A stretch of 30,051 nucleotides of DNA from a virus (lineage: Duplodnaviria; Caudoviricetes). Location: IMG/VR virus record IMGVR_UViG_3300011337_000119, positions 1-30,051 of that record; one strand, given 5' to 3'. Below, one piece after another: positions 7,666 to 14,202 of this stretch. The stretch's first letter is position 1, and each line of letters starts with the position of its first letter. The position numbers and the translations under genes were made by a program. The notes under the pieces are model-generated. The model had not been told where the DNA came from. It saw only the letters and a program-made list of their open reading frames with translations, and made no database searches.

Positions 7666-7908
7666 TTAATCGTTTGAGTAGTTTTCAAATTGTTCGCACC
7701 AAGTATCCATTGGTACAAAAGGAATTTGTTTAAAATTATGTTTAGGTTGCTCTAATAAATGTGGCATATTATCACGCTTAAAAGCCTTTAATAATTCCTT
7801 TGCACTATTGACTTTCTCATAGGCTTCTTTGGTGTTTTTTTGCTCATAAATACCTTGCCAAAACCAAACATTAGTTCTTAAACTTTCTAATTTGTGATAG
7901 ATGTTCAT
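7666..7908 (-). CDS. Hypothetical protein
   Basis: 80-aa ORF with ATGA overlap on bet. Confidence 0.7.
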   Translation of the reverse strand: MNIYHKLESLRTNVWFWQGIYEQKNTKEAYEKVNSAKELLKAFKRDNMPHLLEQPKHNFKQIPFVPMDTWCEQFENYSND

Positions 7909-8621
7909 AGTGTTTCTTTTTTCTTGGTAAATAATTTAGTTACATCTTTAGTTGCAAGTTCCTGATTCAAGGTATAAAGTTCAGCTAATTCGTTTGTGCT
8001 TATGCATAGATCAATAGCTAACTCTAAATCTTCAAGATTATCGTGCGTTTTAATATAGGCTGGTTTGTCATCGCTTTGTGCCATTTCATCGCCTGTGTAA
8101 AGTCCGCTTAAATCTTGTGGGTAAGCCTTTCTTAAAGCTAATGCCTCTGCAACTTTAGAAAGCATTGTATGTGGCATCTTCGCCCATAAACCCATTGGTT
8201 TACCATCGTTTGTTCTTTGGCAGTATTCATCCCAATAAGCTATTCCAACTGCTGCTTCATACCTTGAATCTCCGTGAAATCTAAATACTGATACTTTACA
8301 AGAAATTAATTTTCCATCTTGTTCTACAAAGATTGGTTCGCTTTGTCCACCATAGTTTCCGCTACGTTCTGCGATTACTCGGAAGCCGTCAATACTTGTT
8401 TGGATAGTCATTTTTTTAGTCCATCCGTTTTGTGTTTTAACGTTCCTGTGGATGCAATAAATCTGCCTTGATAACGCATCGAGTCCTGTGCGTTGTGCTT
8501 GGTAAAGAAATAGCTTTAGTTCATCAACTGTTGCTTCTGGAGCAATCTGCGATTTTACTAACTCTACTTGGTCTTTCGTGTACGAAAGTTGTGGCTTTTT
8601 AGCCAGTTGTTGTTCGTTCAT
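7905..8621 (-). CDS. bet: Bet/RecT-family single-strand annealing recombinase
   Basis: ELKLFLYQAQRTGLDALSRQIY, SIDGFRVIAER, WAKMPHTMLSKVAEALALRKAYP. Confidence 0.92.
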   Translation of the reverse strand: MNEQQLAKKPQLSYTKDQVELVKSQIAPEATVDELKLFLYQAQRTGLDALSRQIYCIHRNVKTQNGWTKKMTIQTSIDGFRVIAERSGNYGGQSEPIFVEQDGKLISCKVSVFRFHGDSRYEAAVGIAYWDEYCQRTNDGKPMGLWAKMPHTMLSKVAEALALRKAYPQDLSGLYTGDEMAQSDDKPAYIKTHDNLEDLELAIDLCISTNELAELYTLNQELATKDVTKLFTKKKETL

Positions 8622-8640
8622 ATTGGTTGGTTTTAGAGTT

Positions 8641-8672
8641 TAAAATTAAGTACTTTGGTGTTAATAACCAAA
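8641..8672 (-). promoter_or_regulatory. Promoter for bet (TTTG-N20-TAATTTTA)
   Basis: -33 TTTG at 8669..8672 and a -7 variant at 8641..8648. Confidence 0.5.
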
Positions 8673-9110
8673 TTAAACAAGCACATTTAAGTTGAAAACG
8701 TCCTTTTTTATGGTATCATCGAACTTATTTGACAATTGTCCTTTGATTTTTGAGATTGAGTGTAAAACTGTGGTTCTATCCCTATTAAAGATTTGTGCTA
8801 TTTCCTCGCCATTTAAGTTGGTCTTTTCTTTAGTCAAATACATTGTCATTTGCCTTGCCAAAGTAACTTCTTCGCCTCTATATTTTGACATTAATTGTCC
8901 GTACTTAATCTGGTAGTAATTGCACACTTTTTCGGCTATTTCTATTGCGTACTCCTTTTGTTGTTCTTTGTCCATTCTTATTGTTTTTATGTTTAAATGT
9001 TTATCTAATAGGTCTTTTAACCTGTTTATTTCTTTTTTAAGTTCTTTGTTCTTATCTCGCAAAACCTCTATTTCAAGTTCTGCCATATAGGTTTTATGTA
9101 CTTCTCTCAT
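8673..9110 (-). CDS. Coiled-coil plus DnaA C-terminal-like HTH protein
   Basis: VCNYYQI...LMSKYR...ARQMTMYL...IAQIFNRDRTTVLHSISKI resembles DnaA domain IV. Confidence 0.85.
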   Translation of the reverse strand: MREVHKTYMAELEIEVLRDKNKELKKEINRLKDLLDKHLNIKTIRMDKEQQKEYAIEIAEKVCNYYQIKYGQLMSKYRGEEVTLARQMTMYLTKEKTNLNGEEIAQIFNRDRTTVLHSISKIKGQLSNKFDDTIKKDVFNLNVLV

Positions 9111-9406
9111 TAGAAATGTAAAAGGTTAATTGGGAGCATAAAGTCCTCCGTTAATGTATAAAGGTCAAGGATTAGAAAATGGTAGCTTTTAAGGATTCGC
9201 TTTTGCACATCGTTCATTCGTGCAATCTTAATCAATAAATCTTCCTCGCTAATCATTGTTCTTGTGTCATCCAATCCTCGCCTCCATTCCGCAAGATCAG
9301 CCTCAAATAGATTTTGCCTTCCTTGTGCTTCCTTTAGTAACTGGAGTAGCATTGTTGCTCTTTGGTGCAACTTTAGTTGTTTCGCTTGATAGATTAGTTT
9401 GCTCAT
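9110..9406 (-). CDS. Hypothetical helical protein
   Basis: 98-aa ORF coupled to the next gene. Confidence 0.65.
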   Translation of the reverse strand: MSKLIYQAKQLKLHQRATMLLQLLKEAQGRQNLFEADLAEWRRGLDDTRTMISEEDLLIKIARMNDVQKRILKSYHFLILDLYTLTEDFMLPINLLHF

Positions 9407-9521
9407 ATTGTTTTAGGATTTTGTAAACCAACTTACTAAGGGTTATGCCTTTGGAGTCGGCTTCGGTTTGTAGGTTAGTCTTGATTTGGTTGGTTACTAA
9501 TGTCGTTATCAGGGTTTTCAT
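9303..9521 (-). CDS. Ribbon-helix-helix-like regulator
   Basis: N-terminal strand then LQTEADSKGITLSKLVYKIL; C-terminal tail overlaps the next ORF. Confidence 0.55.
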   Translation of the reverse strand: MKTLITTLVTNQIKTNLQTEADSKGITLSKLVYKILKQYEQTNLSSETTKVAPKSNNATPVTKGSTRKAKSI

Positions 9522-9642
9522 AAATTGATTTAATACCTCTTGCTAAGTTTCTACAGGCTTCAACTGTTTCTCTTACATAGCCATTTGGCATATTAATTAA
9601 TTGGTTTTCTAATGTCTTAATGTAAATGTTAATTGGTGTCAT
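9475..9642 (-). CDS. Hypothetical protein (start revised to MTPINIY)
   Basis: ATG 1 nt after the stop of 9644..9772. Confidence 0.6.
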   Translation of the reverse strand: MTPINIYIKTLENQLINMPNGYVRETVEACRNLARGIKSIYENPDNDISNQPNQD

Positions 9643-9643
9643 A

Positions 9644-9772
9644 CTAAATGTTTTGAAGGATTGCGGTAATAATAAATGCGATGCATACAATGATAAATGC
9701 ATACATAGGTTTGATTGAATCGGCTTGGTAGCGTTCGTTTGCTTTTTGTTGTGGTGTTTTTAACTTGTTCAT
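9644..9772 (-). CDS. 42-aa protein with C-terminal TM helix (not in ORF track)
   Basis: MNKLKTPQQKANERYQADSIKPMYAFIIVCIAFIITAILQNI. Confidence 0.65.
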   Translation of the reverse strand: MNKLKTPQQKANERYQADSIKPMYAFIIVCIAFIITAILQNI

Positions 9773-9924
9773 ATTGGTTTTATTTGATATCCTAAAGAAA
9801 TATATTTTTCTAACTTAAATACTAATAATGATTTGTCAAATTCATTAAATTGATTAACTGGAAGTAAAATAGTAATCCAGTCAGTAGTTGTACCTTCTTT
9901 GTAAATTTTAAATGCTTTTTTCAT
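9769..9924 (-). CDS. 51-aa hypothetical protein, first gene of the early operon (not in ORF track)
   Basis: MKKAFKIYKEGTTTDWITILLPVNQFNEFDKSLLVFKLEKYISLGYQIKPI; ATGA overlap; promoter just upstream. Confidence 0.65.
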   Translation of the reverse strand: MKKAFKIYKEGTTTDWITILLPVNQFNEFDKSLLVFKLEKYISLGYQIKPI

Positions 9925-9944
9925 ATTGCTTTTGGTTTAGAACT

Positions 9945-9952
9945 CAAAGATA
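9945..9952 (-). promoter_or_regulatory. Early promoter -7 element TATCTTTG
   Basis: Consensus TAnnTTTG 20 nt upstream of ATG 9924; TTTG at 9975..9978. Confidence 0.65.
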
Positions 9953-10004
9953 GGGCAAAACCTTATAACTTTATCAAACAAGGCAATTATTTTCTAAAAT
10001 TGTG

Positions 10005-10289
10005 ATGAACGGCAAATAATATGGTATGAATGGTATAATTTGACTTATATGGGACTAATATGTATCAAAAAGTGCGTTTTTTGACACATTATTGTACGAA
10101 TAAGTGACACAATTTTACGTTTATATGCATGAAATATTAGAAAAATTCATGCAGTCTTATATGACTAGTTAGATAAGACTATCTGACTAGTTATTATAAT
10201 TTAGGTACAACAAGAGTTTATAATTTTGGTAAAAGTAGTAGTTTTACTACCTTTTATGAGCGATAAATGAACTTTTTATGAGCGATAAA
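10005..10289. repeat. Array of abutting, mutually unrelated direct- and inverted-repeat sites
   Basis: For example TTTTATGAGCGATAAA x2, TAT[A/C]TGACTAGTTA x2, TTATAATTT[A/T]GGTA x2, TGCATGAA-N12-TTCATGCA. Confidence 0.75.
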
Positions 10290-10350
10290 AAACCCCTAAC
10301 CACATTGACGTTATGATTAGGGGTAGAACCTTGTTCAGTTGTTTTTCAGA
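10287..10350 (-). ncRNA. Candidate small RNA 1
   Basis: TTTG(10382..10385)-N20-TAATTTTA(10354..10361) promoter; 12-bp hairpin plus T6 terminator; no ORF. Confidence 0.5.
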
Positions 10351-10386
10351 ATGTAAAATTAATAACTTTAAATAATACTAACAAAT

Positions 10387-10442
10387 AAAAAACCCCCACT
10401 ATGGAAATAGCGAGGGTTAAACCTAAGTTAAACCAATATGAA
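10387..10442 (-). ncRNA. Candidate small RNA 2, antisense to early-gene start codons
   Basis: TATCTTTG at 10446..10453; 5' seed TTCATATTGGTTT; 10-bp hairpin plus T6. Confidence 0.65.
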
Positions 10443-10456
10443 AGCCAAAGATATAT

Positions 10457-10522
10457 AAAAAAAGCAACTTTTTATGGTTGCTTTGTGTGTAACGTTCTGG
10501 TAGCTATCTCCAAAACTCTACG
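10457..10522 (-). ncRNA. Candidate small RNA 3
   Basis: TATATTTG at 10526..10533; GCAAC/GTTGC hairpin plus T7; no ORF. Confidence 0.55.
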
Positions 10523-10536
10523 ATGCAAATATATAT

Positions 10537-10564
10537 AAAAAACCCCACCTTTTTAGGGGTGAGG
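10537..10564 (-). terminator. Intrinsic terminator ending the late/lysis operon
   Basis: CCTCACC/GGTGGGG stem plus T6, 16 nt after the stop at 10581. Confidence 0.8.
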
Positions 10565-10580
10565 AACTATGAACGAACAA

Positions 10581-10850
10581 CTATTTAGAACCATCTTGTA
10601 ATGGTGTATCATTAGAATTATCAACCCTTCTGTAACCTTCTTTCCAGAGAATCTTACATAAAGTTACGCTTTTATCAATAATTGCATTTTCATCGTCCAT
10701 TGGGTTAAGTATATGTAAACACTCGTGCAATAGAATTTCAAGGTGCTTCTTGCCCTTTAAACGAGAATCTATTATGACAATACCATCACTCTCGGCAATG
10801 CCGTGTGCTTGTTCTCTGCCAAGTTTACGATATTCTATTTTAATCTTCAT
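10581..10850 (-). CDS. Small HExxH metallopeptidase-like protein
   Basis: IIIDSRL...EILLHECLH. Confidence 0.7.
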   Translation of the reverse strand: MKIKIEYRKLGREQAHGIAESDGIVIIDSRLKGKKHLEILLHECLHILNPMDDENAIIDKSVTLCKILWKEGYRRVDNSNDTPLQDGSK

Positions 10851-11031
10851 CTTTTAATAAAGCTAAATCTGGTCTATCAACCTCTTTAAATATAAGTTTC
10901 TCGCCACCTCTGATCTTACCTAATGTGGTTTTAATCTCTTGTTCTAAGTTGTGCAATTCAATTAGTTTAGCAACCAACCATTGTTCTTGTTGTAGTGAGT
11001 TCAATTTTGCAAAGTTTTTAGGGTATCTCAT
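10840..11031 (-). CDS. Hypothetical protein (start revised to MRYPKNF)
   Basis: ATG 1 nt after the stop of 11033..12073. Confidence 0.65.
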   Translation of the reverse strand: MRYPKNFAKLNSLQQEQWLVAKLIELHNLEQEIKTTLGKIRGGEKLIFKEVDRPDLALLKDED

Positions 11032-11032
11032 A

Positions 11033-12073
11033 TTAGAAGATTTTATTTTTATAGATTCTTTTATTTTGAACCGAGTAATAACCTTCTTTATCTTTTTCCA
11101 ATATCGCAAATCCTTGTGAGTAATTATCAACGTGCTTACAATATTCAACGTTTGGATGCATCAAATGTCCAGTGGTCCAGCAAGTAAATACTTCTTCATC
11201 AAACTGATTCTTAGTTGTGTAAGATTGCACCTGATGAACGTGAGAAGCTATTGCGCTTTGCTTAACTCTATCGTATAAAGTCTTAGCTGGGTTTACACCG
11301 CTACCCCTTCTAAAGGTTGTATCTCCGTGAATGATTGGTAGTTTGCCGAACTTAACGTGATCTATGTTTTTAATCGGAATAATGTTAAAAGTATTTAGCA
11401 TTAATATTTCCTCAATCTCAAACTTGCCGTTTAACCCTAATAATTCAGGTGCTTTGGTTCGCATATACCTTTCATATCTAAATTCGTGGTTGGCATCTAA
11501 GTTGTAATAAATTGGTATTTGAGGAAATGATGCTCTTATAAATCCAAGCATTTCAATTATTGCCTCGTATTCTTCATCAAACTTTCTAACTCTTGGGTCT
11601 TTTTGGAAATCGCTTAATTGATAAAAGTCAACTAAATCGCCATTGATAAATAATGAATCTATCTTTTGTTCATTTAAGTATTTAAAACAAACATCAATTG
11701 CCTTTGGGTCGTGAAATGGTACTTGAAGATCACTTATAAATCCCATCTTTTTAATTGCCATCGGTAAACAATAAACAACTTTTTCCTCAACCCAAGTAGG
11801 CGGTTGCACAAAGTTTGATGCAGTACGTTTAAAATCTTCTATAAATTGTTGATTAACACCTTTTGTGCTTTTAGTTTGTCCTGTCTTACCCCTATAATAT
11901 CTAACTAAATATCTAACATTTTCGTGATTGTCAAAATGTGCGCTTTGCTCCTTCATAATCAAAGAAGCTAAAGTGTTAGACGGCATCCATTGAGGATATT
12001 TGGCTAAATAGTCCAAGACTATCTGACCACTCATTGTGGTTTTGCTTCCAGCCTTTTTTTTTGTTGTTGTCAT
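11033..12073 (-). CDS. Calcineurin-like metallophosphoesterase with N-terminal extension
   Basis: SDLQVPFHD, NGDLVDFY, ANHE, IHGD, SHVH motifs. Confidence 0.85.
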   Translation of the reverse strand: MTTTKKKAGSKTTMSGQIVLDYLAKYPQWMPSNTLASLIMKEQSAHFDNHENVRYLVRYYRGKTGQTKSTKGVNQQFIEDFKRTASNFVQPPTWVEEKVVYCLPMAIKKMGFISDLQVPFHDPKAIDVCFKYLNEQKIDSLFINGDLVDFYQLSDFQKDPRVRKFDEEYEAIIEMLGFIRASFPQIPIYYNLDANHEFRYERYMRTKAPELLGLNGKFEIEEILMLNTFNIIPIKNIDHVKFGKLPIIHGDTTFRRGSGVNPAKTLYDRVKQSAIASHVHQVQSYTTKNQFDEEVFTCWTTGHLMHPNVEYCKHVDNYSQGFAILEKDKEGYYSVQNKRIYKNKIF

Positions 12074-12083
12074 TGGTTTTGTT

Positions 12084-12689
12084 TTATGCGATTGAGTTTA
12101 GTATCAAATCTGCTTCTTCTTCTCTGCGTTTGACCAAGCCGTCAAGTCCGACATTTTCCCAGAGCCGTTTGCTTCTTTCTATTTGGTCAGCTATGCCCTC
12201 GTAATCCTGTTTTGCCACAAGGTCAACTATTGCCCTCATTTCTTTTCGCCTATCGCCATCTAATTTGTTACCTCTGTTATAAATCATAGAAACCAAAGCA
12301 CCTCTTGTGTCCTCGTTTAACGTATCAAGTTCTGGATAGATTGATTTAGTCAAAGCATAGTACTTAGGAATATCATATTTTATAAATACATCGTATGCTA
12401 CATTATAAGGCACTTTAACGTTTAATATTTCCCCTCTTAACATCAACTTAGCTTGTTGACCTTTTAATCCAACAACAGGTCTTAACGCATTAATAAAATT
12501 AAGATTAAGATTTGGACTCCATACTGCTAAAAACTCTTTCTCTTTCATATAACCTAAATCTGCACCTATGCCTATTGTAATACCACTATCACCTCCAGCC
12601 CATATTGGCTTTTGGTATCTACGAGTATAAACATCACGTCCGCCAACCTCGTGTTTAATAATCATCTCAATTGCCTTCTTGGAAATCAT
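12084..12689 (-). CDS. Endolysin, lysozyme-like (GH24/pesticin C-terminal-like)
   Basis: IKHEVGG, SGITIGIGADLG, ALVSMIYNRG, GLVKRREEEA. Confidence 0.85.
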   Translation of the reverse strand: MISKKAIEMIIKHEVGGRDVYTRRYQKPIWAGGDSGITIGIGADLGYMKEKEFLAVWSPNLNLNFINALRPVVGLKGQQAKLMLRGEILNVKVPYNVAYDVFIKYDIPKYYALTKSIYPELDTLNEDTRGALVSMIYNRGNKLDGDRRKEMRAIVDLVAKQDYEGIADQIERSKRLWENVGLDGLVKRREEEADLILNSIA

Positions 12690-12772
12690 AATACTTGATT
12701 TAAAAAGTAAATCATACTAATTATCCATAATAGCAACCCAATCTTAAAAGACAATTTTTCGTTCTCTTTCAT
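12686..12772 (-). CDS. 28-aa membrane peptide (not in ORF track)
   Basis: MKENEKLSFKIGLLLWIISMIYFLNQVL; overlaps both neighbours. Confidence 0.55.
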   Translation of the reverse strand: MKENEKLSFKIGLLLWIISMIYFLNQVL

Positions 12773-12966
12773 TACTTGCTAAATTTATCTATTGTTGTTA
12801 AGCCAGCAAATGCCATACTCATATAAAATACTAAATCGCCTAAATGGTCATTCTTAGTAATTACAAATGTTGTGTAAAGACATATTGAACCCATAAAAGC
12901 TAAAATCCTTTTGTGGCTCATAGCACCAACCTCATCACTAAACATTGAAATAATAAACTTTTTCAT
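12772..12966 (-). CDS. Holin-like two-TM protein
   Basis: SHKRILAF followed by two hydrophobic segments; in the lysis cassette. Confidence 0.6.
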   Translation of the reverse strand: MKKFIISMFSDEVGAMSHKRILAFMGSICLYTTFVITKNDHLGDLVFYMSMAFAGLTTIDKFSK

Positions 12967-12967
12967 A

Positions 12968-13507
12968 TTAAAACTTTTTATAGTAACCGAATGAATATCC
13001 GTTCATAGTTGCCGTTGCCGTATATAAGGTGTTTTTAGCCGTTTTAAGCGCAATTGAACCGCCAATACCAATTTGTCCATTTGAGTGCTTTAAATCGCCT
13101 ATAAACCCCAAATAAAGCTGGTTCTTGTCCTTTTTCTCTATTAGCTTGGTAATTGTTATGGTTGGTAGGTTAAAATTGGCACTAAAACCCCTTCCTTGTA
13201 TCTTGTTTTGACTAATTGTGTCTTGAATGTATGCGTATCCAACCGAATCTATGCGCATAGTATCGGAATAGACTTTTACTTGGTTGTAATCTTTAACGAT
13301 TGTAATTGTGTCCGTAACCCTTTCAATAAGGTAAATTGTGTCTAAAACGACAAAAGGGATAGATTTCCCTTTGATAAACTTGTTAAAAGTTTTCTGTTGG
13401 TAAACTGTGTCCGATACTACAATCGGTTCAGTCTTCGTATATGTTGCATCACTAAAGATGAAAAAGATTAGAACCGCCACTAATAGAACGATTACTATAT
13501 CTTTCAT
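12968..13507 (-). CDS. Membrane-anchored lysis accessory protein (spanin-like)
   Basis: N-terminal TM, DT-repeat stalk, C-terminal beta strands ending in F. Confidence 0.55.
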   Translation of the reverse strand: MKDIVIVLLVAVLIFFIFSDATYTKTEPIVVSDTVYQQKTFNKFIKGKSIPFVVLDTIYLIERVTDTITIVKDYNQVKVYSDTMRIDSVGYAYIQDTISQNKIQGRGFSANFNLPTITITKLIEKKDKNQLYLGFIGDLKHSNGQIGIGGSIALKTAKNTLYTATATMNGYSFGYYKKF

Positions 13508-13680
13508 TATTTGAATCTTTTGGTAGCCTTAATGTAATACCTTGCAGCTAAAAGACCTGAAACAATAGCAATCAAACTCGCTATAAGTGAAACTACTGGT
13601 TGCACATTCGCAACACTAATAAATGCGGTTGTTCCGCTAAGAATAGTTAATAAGTCCGATTGATTGCTATTATGTACCAT
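13507..13680 (-). CDS. 57-aa holin-like membrane protein (not in ORF track)
   Basis: MVHNSNQSDLLTILSGTTAFISVANVQPVVSLIASLIAIVSGLLAARYYIKATKRFK; basic C-terminus. Confidence 0.65.
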   Translation of the reverse strand: MVHNSNQSDLLTILSGTTAFISVANVQPVVSLIASLIAIVSGLLAARYYIKATKRFK

Positions 13681-13681
13681 T

Positions 13682-13825
13682 TTAGTCTTCTTTTACTTCT
13701 TGTGGTGGATTTTGCTCTGCATTTAATTTACCCAAGAATTGCAATAATGGTAAACCATAAGCAGTTGGAATAGTGTTGATAAACGCTTCTAATTCCTTGA
13801 TTTGTTCTTGATTAATTGTTATCAT
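13682..13825 (-). CDS. 47-aa hypothetical protein (not in ORF track)
   Basis: MITINQEQIKELEAFINTIPTAYGLPLLQFLGKLNAEQNPPQEVKED; TATATTTG at 13843..13850. Confidence 0.65.
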   Translation of the reverse strand: MITINQEQIKELEAFINTIPTAYGLPLLQFLGKLNAEQNPPQEVKED

Positions 13826-13869
13826 AGTTTTTAATTTATATACAAATATAGTTAAATACTTTAAATTTC

Positions 13870-14196
13870 CTATGGGTTAACAAAAGGAAGTGGAAGTGTG
13901 ATTACAGGTGGGTTAACTTGATTCTCTATTTGAGCATCTAAGTTTAGGTCTAAAGCCTCTACGTCTAAAGAGCCGTCCAACCAACCACATACGATTTCAT
14001 AGGTTAAGTCCTCATAAGGTATAAAGTTAGTAACGTCATCCTTTGAGAAGGATTGGCTACCATATACACTTGCTTGATATTCTACCTCGTTGATTGTTTC
14101 TTTAGCGAACCGAGTCCAATGGCAAACAACCACAAAGTCTTGTAAATCGCCATCTTTAGGCAAACACTCTAATTGATTTATGTACCAGTATTTCAT
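13870..14196 (-). CDS. Acidic tail-fibre-associated protein
   Basis: FIPYEDLTYEIVCGWL motif; directly follows the fibre gene. Confidence 0.7.
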   Translation of the reverse strand: MKYWYINQLECLPKDGDLQDFVVVCHWTRFAKETINEVEYQASVYGSQSFSKDDVTNFIPYEDLTYEIVCGWLDGSLDVEALDLNLDAQIENQVNPPVITLPLPFVNP

Positions 14197-14202
14197 ATTT
14201 AT

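Noticed and set aside
10005-10581. CRISPR mini-array
   Set aside because: No single repeat recurs with spacers; each repeat pair is unique, and there are no cas genes
10438-10581. Plus-strand mini-genes starting at the ATGs at 10438 and 10569
   Set aside because: The 10569 frame stops after six codons; the -7 boxes and terminator T-tracts all point to minus-strand transcription, so these ATG contexts are better read as antisense seeds
9643-11148. Track starts at 9702 and 11148
   Set aside because: Both extensions overlap better-supported upstream genes; the coupled ATGs at 9642 and 11031 are preferred
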